Notes under the pieces: model-generated | The model's input: the letters and a program-made list of their open reading frames with translations, nothing else | The model's database searches: none | What the model was told of the DNA's origin: nothing | In this document: piece by piece, positions 28,084 through 37,104 of the stretch | Layout: every line of letters starts with the position of its first letter | Position numbering within the stretch: position 1 is the first letter of the stretch | Translations under genes and position numbers: made by a program | Origin: a virus | Lineage: Duplodnaviria > Caudoviricetes | Strand: one strand, 5' to 3' | IMG/VR virus record: IMGVR_UViG_3300024229_000651 | DNA length: 64,000 bases

Positions 28084-28716
28084 TTAGTCTAAGTAAGTAA
28101 CTTGGATGTCTTTTCTATGCGTAGGGAAAGTTAATTCCGACTGCAAGTGGTGCTCTCGTCTAGCTTTTGATGCATCAGGTATACCAACACCCATCAATAG
28201 CATAGGCTTTTCATCAATACCGAGTATTTTCTGAATAGTATTTTTGTCGCAACAAGAACAGCATCCAGTGCTGTATCCTAATAACGAAGAAACTACATTC
28301 ACGTAACCTGCAGCAATTCCTAATGCTTGATGCTTATCTTTTTCCATAAGCTCTGCATTAAGAGACTGATCGGTGTGAGCTTTTGCTTCTTCTGGCTTAA
28401 ATGCGTCTGCAAACACAATTAGCAAATTTGCTAATGTCTGTGGATTAGTTGTTAGCCTGCCCTTTCCAGGTGCTTGGCCACCGCTTTTGCCGTCTGCAAT
28501 ATAAAAACCAGTCGTTGCTCTGTGAATCTTTTCAATCGTGTGTCTGTCAGTTATAAAGTAAGGCTTAAAGAATGTGACGTTCTGCTTGCTTGGTGCGCCT
28601 GTCACTGCATTTTCAATTACAGTTAAGTCTTCTTCCGGAATGGACTTGGACAGGTCCCAGTTACGCTGAACGTGCTGGCTCTTGTGTATCGCCTTGATTA
28701 GTAAATTATTAAACAT
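28084..28716 (-). CDS. Nitroreductase-family protein
   Basis: QRNWD..K.IPEED...A...APSKQN, LLGYSTGCC, LLMGVG. Confidence 0.75.
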   Translation of the reverse strand: MFNNLLIKAIHKSQHVQRNWDLSKSIPEEDLTVIENAVTGAPSKQNVTFFKPYFITDRHTIEKIHRATTGFYIADGKSGGQAPGKGRLTTNPQTLANLLIVFADAFKPEEAKAHTDQSLNAELMEKDKHQALGIAAGYVNVVSSLLGYSTGCCSCCDKNTIQKILGIDEKPMLLMGVGIPDASKARREHHLQSELTFPTHRKDIQVTYLD

Positions 28717-28811
28717 GTTTAACTCCTATATACTGTATAGTATGTATTATTTATGCAAATCAACGAAATTTTAACATTATCCTAATTTTTGAGGCTAAAT
28801 ATAAATGGAGT

Positions 28812-29423
28812 GTGTATATGAATTACGATTTTGTAGAGATTGGAACATCAGATTTCCATACGTGCATACAGTCTAGCAAGGGTAACGAAGTTGGGTTATC
28901 AATTGAACCCGTAAAACTTTATCTCGATAGGTTACCAGATCTGCCAAATGTCACAAAAATAAATTGTGCAATCTCACTCGATGGTACAGAATATATAGAT
29001 AGCATATATTGGATACATCCAGATGATATTGAAAAGAATGGTTTACCTGAATGGCTAAGGGGCTGTAACAGAGTCGGTAAGCCTCACATTGAGCATTTGA
29101 CTGAACTGGTAAAGAAAACAAACGTAAAGTTGATTGCAACAGAAATTGATATGATCCCACTGTCAAAGATCTTTAATGACTATAACGTAGAAGGACTTAA
29201 ATTACTAAAGCTAGACACAGAAGGTGCTGATGTCTACATACTGAAATCATTTTTACCTTATTTGTCAGATCGCCCCAGGGAACACAGACCGGACGAAATA
29301 TTTTTTGAGGCAAATCAGCTCACTGCTAACAATTTAGTGTTAGAAACAATCGACCTATACAAAGATATAGGATATAAAATGGTGCAACGGACTCAACGAG
29401 ATGTCCGACTATTAAAGGTTTAA
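28812..29423 (+). CDS. FkbM-family methyltransferase
   Basis: FVEIGT, LSIEP, INCAIS, LLKLDTEGADVYIL. Confidence 0.78.
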   Translation: MYMNYDFVEIGTSDFHTCIQSSKGNEVGLSIEPVKLYLDRLPDLPNVTKINCAISLDGTEYIDSIYWIHPDDIEKNGLPEWLRGCNRVGKPHIEHLTELVKKTNVKLIATEIDMIPLSKIFNDYNVEGLKLLKLDTEGADVYILKSFLPYLSDRPREHRPDEIFFEANQLTANNLVLETIDLYKDIGYKMVQRTQRDVRLLKV

Positions 29424-29455
29424 CGAAATTTTTACTTCTGTATTATTAACTGTTG

Positions 29456-29462
29456 ATAAATA
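29456..29462 (+). promoter_or_regulatory. Late-promoter-like ATAAATA
   Basis: GATAAATAG upstream of the 40-aa ORF. Confidence 0.55.
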
Positions 29463-29465
29463 GAG

Positions 29466-29494
29466 ATGTAATGAAACTGTAATATTTCACACAT
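29466..29494 (+). promoter_or_regulatory. Pho-box-like direct repeats (11-bp period)
   Basis: ATGTAAT-GAAA-CTGTAAT-ATTT-CACACAT, compared with the E. coli pstS pattern CTGTCAT-AAAA-CTGTCAT-ATTC-CTTACAT. Confidence 0.5.
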
Positions 29495-29563
29495 TGTTGT
29501 TCACACTTGTGATAAAGCAATAGAAGTATATACAGTTTACTTACTAATCATTAGGAGAATGAC

Positions 29564-29686
29564 ATGGCGAAGTCCTTAGGAACAGTAGCCGTTGCAACTC
29601 GCAGAATTGCAGTGAACTACTATAAAAAATTCGATGGCATAATGAAGAGTGGCTCTTTAGACAGAGTTATTTCTAGAACTATGTAG
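29564..29686 (+). CDS. Small basic 40-aa protein (not in ORF track)
   Basis: MAKSLGTVAVATRRIAVNYYKKFDGIMKSGSLDRVISRTM; AGGAGA SD; sits alone in an otherwise empty 280-bp gap. Confidence 0.7.
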   Translation: MAKSLGTVAVATRRIAVNYYKKFDGIMKSGSLDRVISRTM

Positions 29687-29702
29687 GATATATAGGGTTG
29701 GT

Positions 29703-30515
29703 TTACTGACCCTTTATCTTATTATTTTTTGATACTGCTTTTTTCAACACACTCAGATCAACATCTTTCTTTCCCGCATAGTGTAAAAATGCGTCAGTGT
29801 CTTTAGGAAAGCAATGTCCGCCAAATCCTTTTTCACCGTCTGGTCCAGGAACTCTCATATGTGTATTGCCCATTCTGGGATCGTTAGTTAGCATCTCTGT
29901 AAATGTTTCCCAGTCGGTTATTGCCCCACTAGCATCGTGTAATTCACGAAGTTCATTAAAGAAAATAACTTTAGTTGCAAGCCAACTGTTGATAGTATAC
30001 TTAATTAAACTTGCTGTAACTAGATCCACCTTGAATGTTGGTACTACCTTGACACTGCTGTGTCGATTATATGCCTTTTCGATAGTGTCGCAATCTTTCC
30101 ATTTGCCGCCAAGCACTTGCATATTTGGATTAATAAAATCTGCATGTGCGTTTGCTTCTGTTAAAAACTCTGGATTGTAAACAATTCTTATGCCAAAGTC
30201 TTTTTTCATTGTTGTTAAATGTTTAGGAGTGATAGTACTTTTTATAGCCGCAATACCCTTGTAATTCCTGTCATATAAATCACTAAGTACCTGTCTCACC
30301 GCACTAACGTCTACATCAGCATGTTCGATACTTTTGGGTGTCGGCACACAAATAAACGTTATGCTCGGGTTGAACTCTATTAACATATCAATAGTGTTAT
30401 CGTTGTGAGCAGGATCAACAACGAACTGATCTACATTCTTATTAAAGCCATTAATAACACTACCACCAACAAAGCCAGCTCCGACAATACCTAATCTAAG
30501 TTTTTCTGTCTTCAT
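29703..30515 (-). CDS. ugd: UDP-glucose/GDP-mannose dehydrogenase (short form)
   Basis: GIVGAGFVG, FICVPTP, KST, YNPEFL, GFGGHCFPKD; no C-terminal domain. Confidence 0.85.
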   Translation of the reverse strand: MKTEKLRLGIVGAGFVGGSVINGFNKNVDQFVVDPAHNDNTIDMLIEFNPSITFICVPTPKSIEHADVDVSAVRQVLSDLYDRNYKGIAAIKSTITPKHLTTMKKDFGIRIVYNPEFLTEANAHADFINPNMQVLGGKWKDCDTIEKAYNRHSSVKVVPTFKVDLVTASLIKYTINSWLATKVIFFNELRELHDASGAITDWETFTEMLTNDPRMGNTHMRVPGPDGEKGFGGHCFPKDTDAFLHYAGKKDVDLSVLKKAVSKNNKIKGQ

Positions 30516-30748
30516 ACTTTCCCTTTAATACGGTTCATTAGGTATATATCTTCGTAAGGCTTCTCATCTACATATGTAGGTGCATTAACCAGTGCTTCAT
30601 CTACACAGTTTTTGATTTCCCATAATTTTTCCTTCATACCGGAACTTGTCCATCCGTCATTACGTGGACTGTTCATTTCATGTTTCAATTCCCATATAGT
30701 ATGTAATACTGTGTTTACATCAGGAAGAATCATTTTACCAAGCCTCAA
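30512..30748 (-). CDS. Hypothetical protein, 78 aa
   Basis: Co-oriented, overlapping junctions. Confidence 0.6.
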   Translation of the reverse strand: MRLGKMILPDVNTVLHTIWELKHEMNSPRNDGWTSSGMKEKLWEIKNCVDEALVNAPTYVDEKPYEDIYLMNRIKGKV

Positions 30749-30932
30749 CTGCTTTTACATTAGAAGGCATTCCTTCTACGCTATCCATTAGGATAAATTC
30801 AAATTCAAAAGAAGATTCAGCTCTGCCACTAAAGGTTGCCCAACCCTCGTTCACAACAAGAGAAATATTGTCTAAACTCTTGGTGGCTTTTAGCGGCTCA
30901 TCCATCTTTACTGTAGCACTAAAGTATTTCAT
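30735..30932 (-). CDS. Hypothetical protein, 65 aa
   Basis: Co-oriented ORF. Confidence 0.55.
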   Translation of the reverse strand: MKYFSATVKMDEPLKATKSLDNISLVVNEGWATFSGRAESSFEFEFILMDSVEGMPSNVKAVEAW

Positions 30933-30934
30933 TG

Positions 30935-32056
30935 TTATTCGCCTACTGTGTAGTTTTCCATAATAGTATTATGTGTTTTACCGTTTTTTAATTGAACAAA
31001 TGTTGCACATTTGCTTAATTGTTTTAGAGATTTAGCACCCACATAAGTGCAAGCAGAGCGCACACCTCCCAATATATCTGTGATTGGAACATCGACTGAG
31101 CCTTTGTAAGGAATCCGTACAACTCTGCCTTCGCTTGTTCTGTGATTTTTAACACCGCCCGTCTCCTTTTGTGCTTCAGTTGTGCTACTTCCGTAGAACT
31201 GTACATATGCTTTTTCTTTTCCTCTGTGTGATTCATTTGTTACTTCGCCAAACATATCCTTTAGAGGTTTGCCATCACGATTAACTAACTCGCCGCCTCC
31301 TTCTTCGCATCCAGCTAACATACCGCCCAGCATCACAAAGTCTGCTCCTGCTCCGAATGCTTTTGCTACATCTCCAGGACTACTACAACCGCCATCAGCA
31401 ATGATGTGTCCGCCAAGACCGTGAGCGGCATCGGCACACTCAATGACTGCTGAGAGTTGCGGATATCCAACACCAGTCTTAACCCTAGTAGTACAAACAC
31501 TACCAGGCCCAATACCCACTTTAACAATGTCTGCTCCTCGAAGAATAAGTTCTTCTGTTATGTCTGCTGTTACTACGTTACCAGCAATAATAGTAACATC
31601 GGGATATTTTTCTCTGAATCGAGAAACGTATTTCAAGAATCTTTCACTATACCCGTTTGCTACATCAATGCATACATACTGAATACTCCTGGATAACTTC
31701 ATAGTAGCATCTATGCGTTCAATATCAACGTCTGTAATGCCGGTGCTCACCGCAAAACTTTCCATTATTTTAGACTTGTTAGGATGAGCTCCAGACCATT
31801 CCCATATATCCACCGGTTGCTTATTTTTATCTAAGCAGGTAAACATACTGTTACCACATAATGCTTCAACCATTTGAGGAGTACCAACACCTTGCATGTT
31901 AGCAGCCATAATGGGAATGCCGTTATATTCCTTTCCGCTGTTTACAAATTTAAACGATCTGGTTAGATCAACTTCTTTTCTACTGCCTATGACACTGCGT
32001 TTCGGCCTAAGTAACACATCACAGTAATCCAATTTTACATCAGTTTCGATACGCAT
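30935..32056 (-). CDS. guaC: GMP reductase
   Basis: LDYCDVLLRPKRS, IMAANM, CIDVANGYSE, KVGIGPGSVCTTR, FYGSS, SEGR. Confidence 0.92.
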   Translation of the reverse strand: MRIETDVKLDYCDVLLRPKRSVIGSRKEVDLTRSFKFVNSGKEYNGIPIMAANMQGVGTPQMVEALCGNSMFTCLDKNKQPVDIWEWSGAHPNKSKIMESFAVSTGITDVDIERIDATMKLSRSIQYVCIDVANGYSERFLKYVSRFREKYPDVTIIAGNVVTADITEELILRGADIVKVGIGPGSVCTTRVKTGVGYPQLSAVIECADAAHGLGGHIIADGGCSSPGDVAKAFGAGADFVMLGGMLAGCEEGGGELVNRDGKPLKDMFGEVTNESHRGKEKAYVQFYGSSTTEAQKETGGVKNHRTSEGRVVRIPYKGSVDVPITDILGGVRSACTYVGAKSLKQLSKCATFVQLKNGKTHNTIMENYTVGE

Positions 32057-32403
32057 ATATAAATTATCCCTATGTATGTTAATAAATGTAGTAGTTGATC
32101 AACACCATGTGCTATCCAGTATTGCTGATCCATAGCAGTTAAATGCTTGTTCTTCCAAAAATTACTTTTAACGTAATCCACGTGATAATGTACAACACTG
32201 TCCAAAGCGGCTAATGCAAGTGCTGCATACGGACTTATAAAAAATGCAAGGACTACAAATGTTAGTACTCCGTGCAACTTAGCATGTGCAAATCCTCCAA
32301 AGGCTCCATAAGTACCTTTGTCTTTGATCATCCAGCTATATTGTAAAAAATAATCTGCACATGTGTGTTTAATGACAAACAGTGTTATTAGTAAAAGTTC
32401 CAC
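32035..32403 (-). CDS. DUF3307-like membrane protein
   Basis: KHTCADYFLQ...H...HYHVD...DQLLH. Confidence 0.75.
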   Translation of the reverse strand: MELLLITLFVIKHTCADYFLQYSWMIKDKGTYGAFGGFAHAKLHGVLTFVVLAFFISPYAALALAALDSVVHYHVDYVKSNFWKNKHLTAMDQQYWIAHGVDQLLHLLTYIGIIYICVSKLM

Positions 32404-32404
32404 A

Positions 32405-32542
32405 TTACCACCACTGCCAGTTCCACGGAACTTTTTTCTTAATAGGACCTAGCCATCTTTCTTCTAGCGTACCTATAAAATATGGCCTAGGTATCAACCA
32501 CCCTAAAATAATTCCTAAAATAATTAAAAATAATGTACTCAT
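32405..32542 (-). CDS. Small membrane protein, 45 aa, Trp-rich tail (not in ORF track)
   Basis: MSTLFLIILGIILGWLIPRPYFIGTLEERWLGPIKKKVPWNWQWW; AAGGGAG SD. Confidence 0.68.
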   Translation of the reverse strand: MSTLFLIILGIILGWLIPRPYFIGTLEERWLGPIKKKVPWNWQWW

Positions 32543-32565
32543 GTTTTGCTCCCTTTATTTCTGTA

Positions 32566-32901
32566 CTACAGGTCATCTGCTTCTTTTACGAAAACTCCGT
32601 CGACCATTCTTCCCTTCCTAAACCGAATGTCTTCATACGCTACGTGTAAACATTCAGTTAATGTTATGTTGTTTCTTTCAGCTATGTTGATTAATACTAC
32701 TAGCATATCACCAATGTCGTCCTTGATGTCTTTTCCCTTACAAATGTTATCGCTTAATTCGCCAGCTTCTTGAATTAGCTTTGCAAATTGCGTTTTATCA
32801 TCCGAACCAGTAATAAGATTTCTATCATAATGCCACTGCTTAACAAGTTCGGATAAAGTAATAAGATCAGAACTTTCTCTTTTGTACTCTGCTACATTCA
32901 T
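32566..32901 (-). CDS. MazG-like nucleotide pyrophosphohydrolase
   Basis: QFAKLIQEAGEL...KDDIGDMLVVL...AYEDIRFRKG. Confidence 0.8.
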   Translation of the reverse strand: MNVAEYKRESSDLITLSELVKQWHYDRNLITGSDDKTQFAKLIQEAGELSDNICKGKDIKDDIGDMLVVLINIAERNNITLTECLHVAYEDIRFRKGRMVDGVFVKEADDL

Positions 32902-33305
32902 TACATATTACTCCAAATAAGTGTTTCGTTTTGATCGTTAATCCTTTCAGATAGACTGCTATCCTTTGCGTTTGTTTTAAACGTATCAGTCAAGTAATAC
33001 ATCCACGCTTTGCCTTCAGTTGTATGCACAACTTTTCTATCGTAGAAGTTAGGGAATCCTTCAATCTGATCAAGCATGTGAAATGTTTCTTCATCAACCT
33101 CCCACACTTCCCCTTGAATAAATTTTGTGCCTGATACTACTCCTGGAAAAGACCCTAGGTCTATCATATCGTAGTCAGGGTATTCTGTATTTGCTTTACC
33201 TAATAGCACTGACTGATCAGACATTTTGTCCAACCCTCTAAGTGGGCCGCCAGTCTTCAGTGTGCCGTATACAAAAACTTTATTCAGTTGTGCGAAGTCG
33301 TTCAT
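32901..33305 (-). CDS. Gamma-glutamylcyclotransferase (AIG2-like)
   Basis: VFVYGTLK, GEVWEV...LDQIEGFP.FYDR. Confidence 0.85.
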   Translation of the reverse strand: MNDFAQLNKVFVYGTLKTGGPLRGLDKMSDQSVLLGKANTEYPDYDMIDLGSFPGVVSGTKFIQGEVWEVDEETFHMLDQIEGFPNFYDRKVVHTTEGKAWMYYLTDTFKTNAKDSSLSERINDQNETLIWSNM

Positions 33306-33532
33306 TGTTTACCCTGCTTTAGAACCTGCTCTTCAAGTTCTTTTATTCGTGTGTTAAGGCTAGTTATCAAGTAACTTGTTTCTTGATTAGTGACTATAGT
33401 GTCTAATGCAATTCTGTCTTTTTGCATAGTTTCCACTTCAATCTCCAAGTCCTTGATATTAGATTCTGCCCGCTTTAGCTCATCAATAAGCTCTGCTTTT
33501 GTCATTTGCGTTTTAGATTTTCTCTTAATCAT
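33302..33532 (-). CDS. Small coiled-coil hypothetical protein
   Basis: Heptad pattern; sigma70 promoter directly upstream. Confidence 0.6.
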   Translation of the reverse strand: MIKRKSKTQMTKAELIDELKRAESNIKDLEIEVETMQKDRIALDTIVTNQETSYLITSLNTRIKELEEQVLKQGKQ

Positions 33533-33538
33533 GCTTGT

Positions 33539-33567
33539 ATTATACAGTAATTGAACATATAGGTCAA
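33539..33567 (-). promoter_or_regulatory. sigma70-like promoter, leaderless spacing
   Basis: AAAAAAGG-TTGACC-17-TATAAT, 6 nt to the ATG. Confidence 0.72.
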
Positions 33568-33573
33568 CCTTTT

Positions 33574-34509
33574 TTAGTACTCTAAGGTGTCAGTTTCTTT
33601 TATTTTGGTGTACTCATCAAAGTAGTTATCCACCATGTTATCGTAGTGGAAAGTGATTCGATGGAGTACTCGTTTGGCTATGATTTCAGGATTCCATTCA
33701 ACTCGTTTATGCAAAGTTAAAACTTGGTCGCTGATCACTATATCGCCTGGATGCCACTTGTGACTGTAGCAATATTTTTCTTGGAAACAATGATCCATTA
33801 GTATCTGCTTTAAGTCAGGATCTGTTGGGAACACACAGTTATTATGGTAATGGAAGTACAGTCCTTTCTTACCATTAAACCCTGTGTGTACCAAAGGCAT
33901 TGTGTATGTATGATCTACCAAACCCATACCTTTCATCATATTAAGTTGCGGTGTAGGTACACCCTTTGCCCAATTTTCTGGTGCGTACTCATAATGACCT
34001 ATCACATTCTCACAACGTTGCTTAATATCATCAGGTAAGTCTGCATAAGCTCGGACAGTGTCCATAAATGCTGTATGGGTGTTATCACTATGCCACGCAC
34101 CTTGTAGGGCAACACCTCTTGCACGGTCCATATCACCGTTCATATTGCTGTGCCAATCCAGTTCTCCGTTACCAAAGATACCTGTTGCTAGACCTTTCTT
34201 ACTCTTCTCACCCGTGACACGTTGAATTAAATAATCGTCATCGTCACCTGTAAAGTCAAACGGCTCTGTAAATGTTCGACGACCTTTATTATCGCCGTTC
34301 TTGATCCAAAGCATTTGTTTGTGATTAGCAAAGCTCCCCATCTTTCTAACCAACTTAGCAAATGGCACTGAACGAAATTCTTGATTAGTAAATGTGATCA
34401 GCAGATTATCTAAATATATCTCATTTATATCCTGATAGTCCTGTTCGGATAATTGTGTGATGTCACAATCAATATTAACACCGACATTACTTAATTTAGT
34501 CACTAGCAT
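33574..34509 (-). CDS. TauD/TfdA-family 2-oxoglutarate/Fe(II) dioxygenase
   Basis: LDWHSN, TAFMD...AYADLP, SHKWHPGDIVISDQVLTLHKR, LHRITF. Confidence 0.8.
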   Translation of the reverse strand: MLVTKLSNVGVNIDCDITQLSEQDYQDINEIYLDNLLITFTNQEFRSVPFAKLVRKMGSFANHKQMLWIKNGDNKGRRTFTEPFDFTGDDDDYLIQRVTGEKSKKGLATGIFGNGELDWHSNMNGDMDRARGVALQGAWHSDNTHTAFMDTVRAYADLPDDIKQRCENVIGHYEYAPENWAKGVPTPQLNMMKGMGLVDHTYTMPLVHTGFNGKKGLYFHYHNNCVFPTDPDLKQILMDHCFQEKYCYSHKWHPGDIVISDQVLTLHKRVEWNPEIIAKRVLHRITFHYDNMVDNYFDEYTKIKETDTLEY

Positions 34510-34943
34510 TGCTCTACTATAACTCCACTTTTATTTAAAAATTCAATACCCAGTGTACAACGATATAGATTTTTGTAATATACCGTTGTAATACCACTTT
34601 GATATATTAGTTTTGCACAATCTATACACGGTGAGTGTGTAATAAAGATAGTCGCTCCTTCTCCACTTTCAGAAGAGCGAGCTAGTTTAGCAATTGCATT
34701 AGTTTCTGCGTGGAGGACTTCAGGCCTTGATTTCATTTCGTAGCCGCCATCCTCATACTGGTATTCATCTTCGCATCTATTATCCCATCCACTGGGCATA
34801 CCATTATATCCAATGCTTATAATACGATTATCCTTTACAATGATTGCACCTACTTGGGCACGTTTGGCACTGCTGAGTTGTGCAAATCTTTCTGCACAAT
34901 CCATGAATGCATGTTTAAATTTATCTTTCATATTTGCACACAC
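34503..34943 (-). CDS. dCMP deaminase
   Basis: VGAIIV, SIGYNG, VLHAETNAI, THSPCIDC. Confidence 0.9.
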   Translation of the reverse strand: MCANMKDKFKHAFMDCAERFAQLSSAKRAQVGAIIVKDNRIISIGYNGMPSGWDNRCEDEYQYEDGGYEMKSRPEVLHAETNAIAKLARSSESGEGATIFITHSPCIDCAKLIYQSGITTVYYKNLYRCTLGIEFLNKSGVIVEQC

Positions 34944-36138
34944 TCACTGCAGCACTGCGGCCGCCGAATCCAAAACTTGTTTTCATAAAGCGATTGTATG
35001 TTTTACTCACTACGTCTTTATTTAAATTAAAATATTCATCGTCGGTGAACGGCACTTCTAATCCAGCATTTGCAGGCACAAAGTTATCGCACATTGCCTC
35101 AGCACCCAACACTATTTCCGCAATACCAGATGCTCCCATTAAGTGTCCTATTTGACCCTTGTTGCTGTATAGATAGCTGCCTTTAGGGAAATAGTCTCTA
35201 AGTACATTGTACTCAACTGGATCACCGAACGGTGTGCTAGTTGCATGTGCGTTTAAAACGTCATATGCAGACGTTTCAACTTCTGCCTGGGACAATGCCC
35301 TATCAATTGCAATTCTAGCGCCTGTCCCCTCTAAATCTGGCTGTGTAGGGTGTGCACCATCGTTAGCAATACCTAAACCATCAACAACCCAGCGAATACT
35401 AGCACCCCGAGCTTCTGCTTTTTCTAAGGGTTCTACGACAAGATAAACTGTGCCTTCTCCCATAACAAATCCGTCTCTAGATTTATCCCACGGCACACTT
35501 CTTCCAGTAGGAGATATTGCACCTAACTGTTGAAAATAGAGTGTGCTCATGCTACTTGTCATGAAGTCAGTTCCACCAACTATTGCACAATCATATCCTT
35601 CTGTTTGCATGTACTTCTTTGCTAGATCTAGTGCCTGTACAGCACTGATACATGTTCCACTTGTTGCCATACTCGGGCCATGCCACTTATAATGACTGCT
35701 TATATGGTTACTCACATATTCATGGCTGCTAGATAACAGTATTTGTGGGTGTATTTTTGATTTGCCTTGTACAAGTAAGTTGCTAAACTTAGCTAGGTTA
35801 GGTGCGCCGCCGCGAATGGTTCCTATGAACACAGGAGTATTGTCAGGGAAGTCAAGTCCGCTCATCTTAACTGCTTGGTCAACTGCAATCATACTTGTGA
35901 TCACAGTAGGGTCTGTCCAGCGGATATCTTTTTTGCGCATTAAGCCTAGTGCTTCAGTGTCTACATCGTCGTAGTTACAGTGAAATGCTCTTTCTACTGT
36001 TAATGTCGCATCAGAAAAATGTCCTGAACGTCTATATTCTGTATTGGGTACACACAAATCTTTTAAATTTGTGATGTTTTCTTGAATATTGTTTCCTAAG
36101 GGAGAGACAATGCCTATGCCAGTAATTGCTAGTTTCAT
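34921..36138 (-). CDS. fabF: Beta-ketoacyl-ACP synthase II-like (FabF)
   Basis: GIGIVSPLG, GPSMATSGTCIS (Cys), DGFVMGEG, NAHATST (His), SNKGQIGHLMGA (His), SFGFGG. Confidence 0.88.
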   Translation of the reverse strand: MKLAITGIGIVSPLGNNIQENITNLKDLCVPNTEYRRSGHFSDATLTVERAFHCNYDDVDTEALGLMRKKDIRWTDPTVITSMIAVDQAVKMSGLDFPDNTPVFIGTIRGGAPNLAKFSNLLVQGKSKIHPQILLSSSHEYVSNHISSHYKWHGPSMATSGTCISAVQALDLAKKYMQTEGYDCAIVGGTDFMTSSMSTLYFQQLGAISPTGRSVPWDKSRDGFVMGEGTVYLVVEPLEKAEARGASIRWVVDGLGIANDGAHPTQPDLEGTGARIAIDRALSQAEVETSAYDVLNAHATSTPFGDPVEYNVLRDYFPKGSYLYSNKGQIGHLMGASGIAEIVLGAEAMCDNFVPANAGLEVPFTDDEYFNLNKDVVSKTYNRFMKTSFGFGGRSAAVSVCKYER

Positions 36139-36211
36139 TAAGGATCGTGCCTATGTGTAAGTTGTGTAATTACTTAGTTTTTAAATTTTGGAATCGAGGT
36201 TTTTTTGATAT

Positions 36212-36243
36212 AAAAAAAGTAGCGACATATGTCGCTACTTTTT
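36212..36243. terminator. Bidirectional-type intrinsic terminator
   Basis: A7-GTAGCGAC-ATAT-GTCGCTAC-T5. Confidence 0.82.
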
Positions 36244-36270
36244 AAATAGGATTATCTACAAAGTGTTTGT

Positions 36271-37104
36271 TTAAAGTTTCTTAAGAACACATAATTGCCA
36301 ATAGCCTGAGCCGTCAGCTTCTGTGTTACAAAGATAGTCTACTTCGAAATTAGAGCCTGTAAGTTGTAATGCTTGTGCAACATCCCAATATGCTTCGTTA
36401 ACAACAGGTATGCCAAAGAATGGTACAATTAACAACCCATTTGTTGGTAATCGCTTAAATGCTCTAACAAGTGCAAGTCTAACACCATTTGCTTCTGCAA
36501 CTGGAAAGCCGTTGGACACTAGCCATGTACATACGATTTCTACCTCGGGAGAATAGCTTCCATCAGCTTCAATTGCTTCGCCTGAGGCGTTTACAATATG
36601 CGAGTTTGGAACAACTAGTGCATCTTCTGCTATCAAGTCATTTACACCAATTGGCTGTGGGGCTACTGTTAAATCAATTTCCCTAACAACTGAATTACCA
36701 TTGTGGATATCTAGTTGTCTAAATAGCGAAGCATTTCCTGCTTCATCAAACTCAACTTCGGTTGAACCGGAAGTATCGTTTTTGTAAACATTTGCTGCAC
36801 TGCCTACATTATCAAAAAAGTCACTAGTTGTTAAAAATGTATCTGTAAATTGGTCTGTGGTCGCAATTTTCCAATTGGCTGCGTTGGCACAGTTATCGTT
36901 AATGAACTTAGCAGTTTTTCCTGTAGCTGCGTTCTGCTCACTGATGTTAATAGTGATGGCAGTCTCAGTTACTTGATCAAGTATAGCTTTGATAGCTGCC
37001 CCTGTCGGCTCGTTTAATGTGCCGTCCATTAGATCATCCCAGACTAGAGAATCTGTATCGATGGCATTTATGTCTGCCTCTGACGGAATTGTAATACTTT
37101 GCAT
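36271..37104 (-). CDS. Acidic hypothetical protein, 277 aa, monocistronic
   Basis: ATAAATA (37132-37138), AGGAG SD and own terminator. Confidence 0.75.
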   Translation of the reverse strand: MQSITIPSEADINAIDTDSLVWDDLMDGTLNEPTGAAIKAILDQVTETAITINISEQNAATGKTAKFINDNCANAANWKIATTDQFTDTFLTTSDFFDNVGSAANVYKNDTSGSTEVEFDEAGNASLFRQLDIHNGNSVVREIDLTVAPQPIGVNDLIAEDALVVPNSHIVNASGEAIEADGSYSPEVEIVCTWLVSNGFPVAEANGVRLALVRAFKRLPTNGLLIVPFFGIPVVNEAYWDVAQALQLTGSNFEVDYLCNTEADGSGYWQLCVLKKL

